Shown here piece after piece: positions 58,958 through 64,000 of a stretch of DNA of 64,000 nt. The translations under genes were made by a program, and so were the position numbers. The notes beneath the pieces are model-generated. The model was not told the DNA's origin, did no database searches, and saw only the letters and a program-made list of their open reading frames with translations. Within the stretch, counting starts at the first letter, position 1. Each line of letters starts with the position of its first letter. The stretch is from an uncultured Verrucomicrobiae bacterium (GTDB taxonomy: Bacteria; Verrucomicrobiota; Verrucomicrobiia; Limisphaerales; Palsa-1400): positions 2,208,001 through 2,272,000 of the forward strand of contig CAVXRD010000002.1 of assembly GCA_963764165.1 (NCBI GenBank). Reading direction: 5' to 3'.

Positions 58958-60835
58958 TTACAGCTTGAAATGATGTTTGAGGTCCACCGTCATGTTAAAG
59001 ATGAACACATTGGTGTCATCGTATGCGGTGGAGATGCTCCCCGATAGAACCGCGTTCGTGAAACTTGGGCTGTTGGTCAAATACTGGCGGACATAGTAAG
59101 CGAGATCCGAGTTGGCGTTGCCCGGGCGGCTGACGCCGCGGCAGACGAGTTCAATTGTCGAAATTTCAGCGCCGGTGGGAACGGCTACCACCGCCGTTGA
59201 ACCAATGTCGGCTCCGCGCGGGCGCGGGCCACCACCCATTCCACCGGGTGCGCCGCGTCCGAAACGGCCGCCACGAGGCCCGCGCGGCCCTCCTCCTTCC
59301 GCGCCTCCGAGGCCACCGCTTTGCTGCGCGGCTTCGAAGCCGTTTGGCAGCTTCGGGTTGAACTGTTCCACCCATACACCCTCGTCGGTGTTGGTCCCGC
59401 CATTGTCCGGGGTCGCCAGATTTGCCTTTTCCGCCGCTTCGGCTTGCATCATGACCGTGCGAAGGTCGGTGAATATTTTGATCCAGTAGAACCGGTTATC
59501 GGCCAGGGCCTTCATATCGTCAGCCTGCTTTTTCATGGCCGCATCTTCGCTGATGGCTTTGTTGAGTTTTTCGCTCTGGCTGGTCAATTTATCCAGCGGC
59601 GCCGTGATTTCATCCGCGCGATCCTTGTAGATCTTGCCGATGTTGGCTTCCGCCTTATACATGGCAAAAAGAGCCAGCGCGACGGCGAGCACGGACGCCA
59701 CCAGATACGGCTTTTTCCGCCCAAACTCCTGCGTCTGGAGCGAACTCTTGGGCATCAGGTTCAACTCAACCGGGCAATGCGCCAGGTCTCGCAGCCCCAA
59801 GCCCACCACTTCGCCGAAGGAATGCGCCACCTTGGACAGCTCTTCCAAATCAAGCGAGGGGTCGATTTCGATATTCCGAAACGGATTGAAATAATCGACC
59901 GGCACATTGAGCTTCTCGGCAAAGAACTGAGCCGTGTAAGGCATGATCGACGACCCGCCGGACAGAAACAATCGCTGCGGGGCTGACCCCCCTTGCTGGC
60001 CGCGGAAAAATTGGATGGTCTGATTGACCTGAATGTGCAGGCGAGTCATGACCTGGCGGGCGATCTTTGCGATGGCGGCGGCTTGCGGATCCTCAGGTTC
60101 CTCATACGCGCCGCCAAGGCTGACCGAACCTTTTTCGATCTTGATCGCTTCGGCCTCGGGGAACTTGATTTTTGCCTCGTTGGCAAAGTCCTGGGTGATG
60201 GAATTGGCGCCTATGTTGATGCTGCGGGAATAGACCTTGCCTTTCTCGAAAAACAAGAGGTTGCTGGTCTTGGCGCCGATGTCCAGCAGCATGGTGCAAC
60301 CTTCGAGATCGCCGTAATTGTAGCGGAACGCATTGCACAAGGCGGCCGGGGACGCATCCACCAGCTTCATTCGCAGGCCGGCGCTGCCAGCCACCCGGAA
60401 AAGACCCTCCACAACCTCGGATTTGATGGCTACGAGGAGAACTTCCAGTTCGCTGGTGGCCGATGTCCCAAGAATCTGGTAATCCCACACGACTTCATCC
60501 AGCGGGAAAGGCACGTTTTGCTGCGCCTCGTAGCGGATGATTTGGGTCACCTTGGACGTGTCAACAGGAGGAAGTTTGACAAACTTGGAGAAGACGTGAA
60601 AGCCAGGCGCGCAGGCGTTAATTTGCTTGCTGCCGTAGCTCTTTTCGCCAAGCAGCTCATTGAGCCCCTTGAGGATGGCGGCTTCGCGCGCGGCTTCCTG
60701 GGAGCCTTCGATTCCAAGAGATTTGACTCCGTATTGTTTGAGGCGCAAGCCGCCCGCGTCGTTCTGCTCGAACTCCGCCAGCTTCAGGCTTCCCGCCCCG
60801 AAGTCCACCGCCAAAAATGATTTAGAATTTAGCAT
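58958..60835 (-). CDS. pilM: PilM (actin/FtsA-like) fused to a PilN-like TM/periplasmic region (Amuc_1101-like)
   Basis: AVDFGAGSLK, EAQQNVPFPLDEVVWDY, LDIGAKTS, LSGGSS, NPF, GLGLR, then the PilN signature ELNLMP and a TM helix. Confidence 0.9.
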   Translation of the reverse strand: MLNSKSFLAVDFGAGSLKLAEFEQNDAGGLRLKQYGVKSLGIEGSQEAAREAAILKGLNELLGEKSYGSKQINACAPGFHVFSKFVKLPPVDTSKVTQIIRYEAQQNVPFPLDEVVWDYQILGTSATSELEVLLVAIKSEVVEGLFRVAGSAGLRMKLVDASPAALCNAFRYNYGDLEGCTMLLDIGAKTSNLLFFEKGKVYSRSINIGANSITQDFANEAKIKFPEAEAIKIEKGSVSLGGAYEEPEDPQAAAIAKIARQVMTRLHIQVNQTIQFFRGQQGGSAPQRLFLSGGSSIMPYTAQFFAEKLNVPVDYFNPFRNIEIDPSLDLEELSKVAHSFGEVVGLGLRDLAHCPVELNLMPKSSLQTQEFGRKKPYLVASVLAVALALFAMYKAEANIGKIYKDRADEITAPLDKLTSQSEKLNKAISEDAAMKKQADDMKALADNRFYWIKIFTDLRTVMMQAEAAEKANLATPDNGGTNTDEGVWVEQFNPKLPNGFEAAQQSGGLGGAEGGGPRGPRGGRFGRGAPGGMGGGPRPRGADIGSTAVVAVPTGAEISTIELVCRGVSRPGNANSDLAYYVRQYLTNSPSFTNAVLSGSISTAYDDTNVFIFNMTVDLKHHFKL

Positions 60836-61113
60836 ATGCGTTTTAACGCGAAGGCATTAATTTGCTATTTCTTGGTTTCGAGACCTCTTCATTCATTAAA
60901 AAGTCCGTGCTAGTTATCGCAATTCCAACACTCGGTCAATTGTTTTGATAAAGAAACTTCGCGTTAGCTATACATATGCCAGCGCGGGGGCCAACTTTCC
61001 TTGCCCCGCGAAGGACGCGATTCATTCCTCATCTTGACTAACTGCCGCAGTTTTTTGGCTGAATTTCACGCACACTGCGTGAAATTGCCGCAAAAGGGCG
61101 CCTTGGGCTGGCC

Positions 61114-62076
61114 TCACGCGCGGCCCTTAAAATATTCAATAGTTTTGACAATGCCTTCGGCCAAAGTGACCTTGGGCTCCCATCCCAATATGGCCTTGGC
61201 CCTGCCGATGTCCGGGCGGCGCTGCTTCGGATCGTCCTGCGGCAGAGGACGATAGACTATCTTGCTTTTCGAGCCTGTCACGCGGATGATTTCGCGGGCG
61301 AATTCGAGCATCGTCATTTCCGTCGGGTTGCCGATGTTCACCGGATCGTTGGTCTCGCTCATCATGAGGCGATAGATTCCTTCAATCAAGTCCGAACAAT
61401 AACAAAAACTTCGCGTCTGCTGGCCCTTCCCGAACACAGTCAGCGGCTCGCCCGCCAGCGCCTGCCCGATGAAGGCCGGCACCACCCGGCCGTCCCGCAG
61501 GCGCATGCGCGGACCGTAGGTGTTGAAGATGCGGACGATTTTGGTGTCGATCTTATGCTGGCGATGATAGGCCATCACCAGCGCCTCGGCGAACCGCTTG
61601 GACTCGTCGTAGCACCCGCGCGGGCCAATCGTATTGACATTCCCCCAATAATCCTCGCGCTGCGGATGCACCAGGGGATCGCCGTAAATTTCGGAGGTGG
61701 AGGTGATCAGGAACCGCGCGCCCTTCTCCTTGGCCAGCCCGAGCGCCTTGTGCGTTCCAAGCGAGCCGACTTTCAGCGTTTGAATCGGCAATTCAAGATA
61801 GTCAATCGGGCTGGCGGGAGAGGCGAAATGCCAGACGTAATCCACCGGGCCGTCAATAAAAAGAAATTCCGTGACGTCCTGTTTTATGAATCGGAACTCC
61901 GGCCGGCCGGCGAGGTGCTCGATATTGCGGACGCTGCCGGTCACCAGATTGTCAAACGCCACCACCTGATGGCCGCGCTCGAGCAGGTAATCGACGAGAT
62001 GGGATCCCAAAAATCCGGCCCCGCCAGTGACGACGGAACGGAGTTGTTTTGTCTTAATCGTGTTTTTTTTTGCCAT
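61114..62076 (-). CDS. UDP-glucuronic acid decarboxylase (UDP-xylose synthase)
   Basis: [68 protein letters not shown]. Confidence 0.93.
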   Translation of the reverse strand: MAKKNTIKTKQLRSVVTGGAGFLGSHLVDYLLERGHQVVAFDNLVTGSVRNIEHLAGRPEFRFIKQDVTEFLFIDGPVDYVWHFASPASPIDYLELPIQTLKVGSLGTHKALGLAKEKGARFLITSTSEIYGDPLVHPQREDYWGNVNTIGPRGCYDESKRFAEALVMAYHRQHKIDTKIVRIFNTYGPRMRLRDGRVVPAFIGQALAGEPLTVFGKGQQTRSFCYCSDLIEGIYRLMMSETNDPVNIGNPTEMTMLEFAREIIRVTGSKSKIVYRPLPQDDPKQRRPDIGRAKAILGWEPKVTLAEGIVKTIEYFKGRA

Positions 62077-62089
62077 ACCAAATACCGGC

Positions 62090-63472
62090 TCAGCGTGCTC
62101 CGGTGCCGAGCAGAACGACCCAGATAGTGCGCCAAAGGATTTTTATGTCCAGCCACAAAGACCAATTGTCGATATATTCCAAATCCATCCGCACCCAATC
62201 GTTGAAATCCTTGACGTCATTGCGCCCGGAAACCTGCCAGGTGCAGGTGAGGCCGGGACGCACGCTCAATCGGCGCCGATGCGAGACATCGTCAAACCGC
62301 CCGACTTCATCCACCGGCAGGGGACGCGGGCCAACCAAACTCATTTCCCAGCGGAGCACGTTGAACAATTGCGGCAATTCGTCGATGCTCCATTTTCTAA
62401 GCACCCGTCCAACGCGGGTCACACGCGGATCCTTCGTGACCTTGAAAACCGGGCCGCTCATCTCATTGAGCTGCTCCAGTTCTTGTTTCAACTGCTCGGC
62501 ATTTGTCACCATGGAGCGGAATTTATACATGACGAATGGACGCCCGTTCAACCCGGCGCGCTTCTGGCGAAATAATATGGGCCCGGGGGACGTCAACTTG
62601 ATCATAATGGCGGCAGGAATCATGATCAAACTTCCGGCAATGAGAAGGAAAGCCGCCCCGACAAAATCCATGACTTGCTTTGCCACCAACTGCCACGAAA
62701 TCTCGGCCGCCGAGCGGAACACCAGCACGGGCCGGCCATAAAACCGATCCAGGCTCGTTTGCGAAACCTGAGTCTGGAAAAAGTCCGCCAGCAGCCAGAT
62801 CTCAACCCCTTCCACCTCGCAGGCGCGCACAACCTTTTCGACACGGTCAAAGTAGGTGTGCCGGGCCGCAATCATGACGGCGTTGACAGAGTGCTCATGC
62901 AGCATGCTTACCAGCCCTTCGATTGGCGCGGAGTTGAGCGGGAACTCGCCGCAAACTTCCAATTCGCCCTTCCGGAGGGAAACCTCGGAAAGCAGGCGCT
63001 TGATATCCTCGGGATCGCCCGCGATGACGATGCGGCGCTTGAATCGAGCCTGGCCAATTTCGGTGCGGTAGAACATTCGCATGGATTGTTCCTTGATCAG
63101 CACCAGGACAAAGCTGCAAAGGCCAAAGAGCACAAAGACCGAGCGGGCTGCGTCCTCCCGGAGCATGAACTCGATGAGAATCAGCCCCACCGCGCAAATG
63201 GTGCAGGCGGAGGCCAGTGGCAGGAGCATGATCCGCACGGGCGATAAGACCACGCGGTCATAAAAGCCCTGCCAATCCAAAACCAGCGGGGACATCGGAA
63301 TAATGACCAAAAACAGCCAGTAATATTTGGGTTTGAAGGAGGCAATCGGATCCGCTCCAAACACAACCCAAAAGTTGCGGATTGCCCAAGCCAGCCACAG
63401 CGACAGGGCGAACAACGCCCCATCCACAACCATATTCAACTTGACGCGGATTTGACTGTCACGAAGCAGCAT
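62090..63472 (-). CDS. Polyprenyl-phosphate glycosyl-1-phosphate transferase (WcaJ/EpsB-like priming sugar transferase)
   Basis: Four N-terminal TM helices, CoA-binding-like domain, [26 protein letters not shown]...[18 protein letters not shown]. Confidence 0.93.
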   Translation of the reverse strand: MLLRDSQIRVKLNMVVDGALFALSLWLAWAIRNFWVVFGADPIASFKPKYYWLFLVIIPMSPLVLDWQGFYDRVVLSPVRIMLLPLASACTICAVGLILIEFMLREDAARSVFVLFGLCSFVLVLIKEQSMRMFYRTEIGQARFKRRIVIAGDPEDIKRLLSEVSLRKGELEVCGEFPLNSAPIEGLVSMLHEHSVNAVMIAARHTYFDRVEKVVRACEVEGVEIWLLADFFQTQVSQTSLDRFYGRPVLVFRSAAEISWQLVAKQVMDFVGAAFLLIAGSLIMIPAAIMIKLTSPGPILFRQKRAGLNGRPFVMYKFRSMVTNAEQLKQELEQLNEMSGPVFKVTKDPRVTRVGRVLRKWSIDELPQLFNVLRWEMSLVGPRPLPVDEVGRFDDVSHRRRLSVRPGLTCTWQVSGRNDVKDFNDWVRMDLEYIDNWSLWLDIKILWRTIWVVLLGTGAR

Positions 63473-63520
63473 ATCATTTACTCACATCGCAGAAACAGCT
63501 CAAATTACCGGCGCCTCGCG

Positions 63521-64000
63521 TTATCGCTTGGCGACGGGCAGGTGCTCTGCGACCGGATCACCTGGCACAATTTGAAACTCGGGAACTGAAGCCCCGATGA
63601 ATTGCTCAAGCTTCGCAAATGTGGCTTTTTCATCCCCGGGATTGCAAGTCGCAAAGTAAGAAATATAGGCCCACCGCTCCAAAACTCCTTTCTTCAGCAT
63701 CGTCCGCGCCAGCGAAAACATGCGCGCCCTTTGGTCGGAAGTAATGTGCTCCCCCGAGACAAACCAGTAGACGTAAATCCCCGACCGCCGGATGAGGGCA
63801 TGCGATTTTGGATCCTCCAAAATTTGCGAGACGCTCAGCTTAAGCGCGGGCACGGAATACAATTTTGGCCTGTTGATCGGCAATTGGATTTGTTCGGTTT
63901 TCTCGATGTCCCAGCTTTGCGCGGTCAGGCAATATTGCGGCTGGTGAATGCTCGTCCGGTCCTCACCCATCAGCACGACACTGACCTGCACACCAAAATG
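63521..64000 (-). CDS. Exosortase-associated EpsI-family protein (C-terminal part; continues beyond the window)
   Basis: SVVLMG.DRTSIH.P..CL..Q.W and YVYWFV motifs, next to EPS genes. Confidence 0.78.
   Translation of the reverse strand, partial: HFGVQVSVVLMGEDRTSIHQPQYCLTAQSWDIEKTEQIQLPINRPKLYSVPALKLSVSQILEDPKSHALIRRSGIYVYWFVSGEHITSDQRARMFSLARTMLKKGVLERWAYISYFATCNPGDEKATFAKLEQFIGASVPEFQIVPGDPVAEHLPVAKR

Overview
64-kb window from a bacterium whose gene repertoire resembles Verrucomicrobiota, probably Pedosphaera/Limisphaerales-like (inference from protein families, not a database search). The left part (1-28.5 kb) carries housekeeping and accessory genes: a RhuM-family gene, prmC, miaB, hsp20-lon-LolA-like-TPR, YfhO-like GT-C next to a sigma54-driven type IV pilin, rhomboid, tcdA, blaI/blaR1-like pair with two operators, a nucleotidyltransferase and folE2-dksA-rpmG-rpsR. 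These are interleaved with many REP/REPIN-like repeats, an intact IS1182-family element inserted in a REP hairpin loop, and a frameshifted transposon-like element without inverted repeats whose protein has a Rep_trans-like YDK..RxE motif. The right part (28.4-64 kb) is one continuous minus-strand run: EpsI, sugar transferase, UDP-GlcA decarboxylase, a PilM-N/PilO/PilP/secretin cluster like Akkermansia Amuc_1101-1098, a 5'-3' exonuclease, five secreted Thr-Asn-rich proteins (about 420, 495, 1450, 3400 and 2240 aa, the two largest each split by a 1-nt frameshift), then coaE. Best candidates for undescribed biology: (i) the pilus/secretin plus giant surface-protein locus with a shared C-terminal domain and TN bias, (ii) the Rep_trans-like REP-targeting transposon, (iii) a structured, possibly pseudoknotted pilin 5' leader, (iv) two repeat arrays with identical geometry but different unit sequence. 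No rRNA, tRNA or CRISPR array was recognised.
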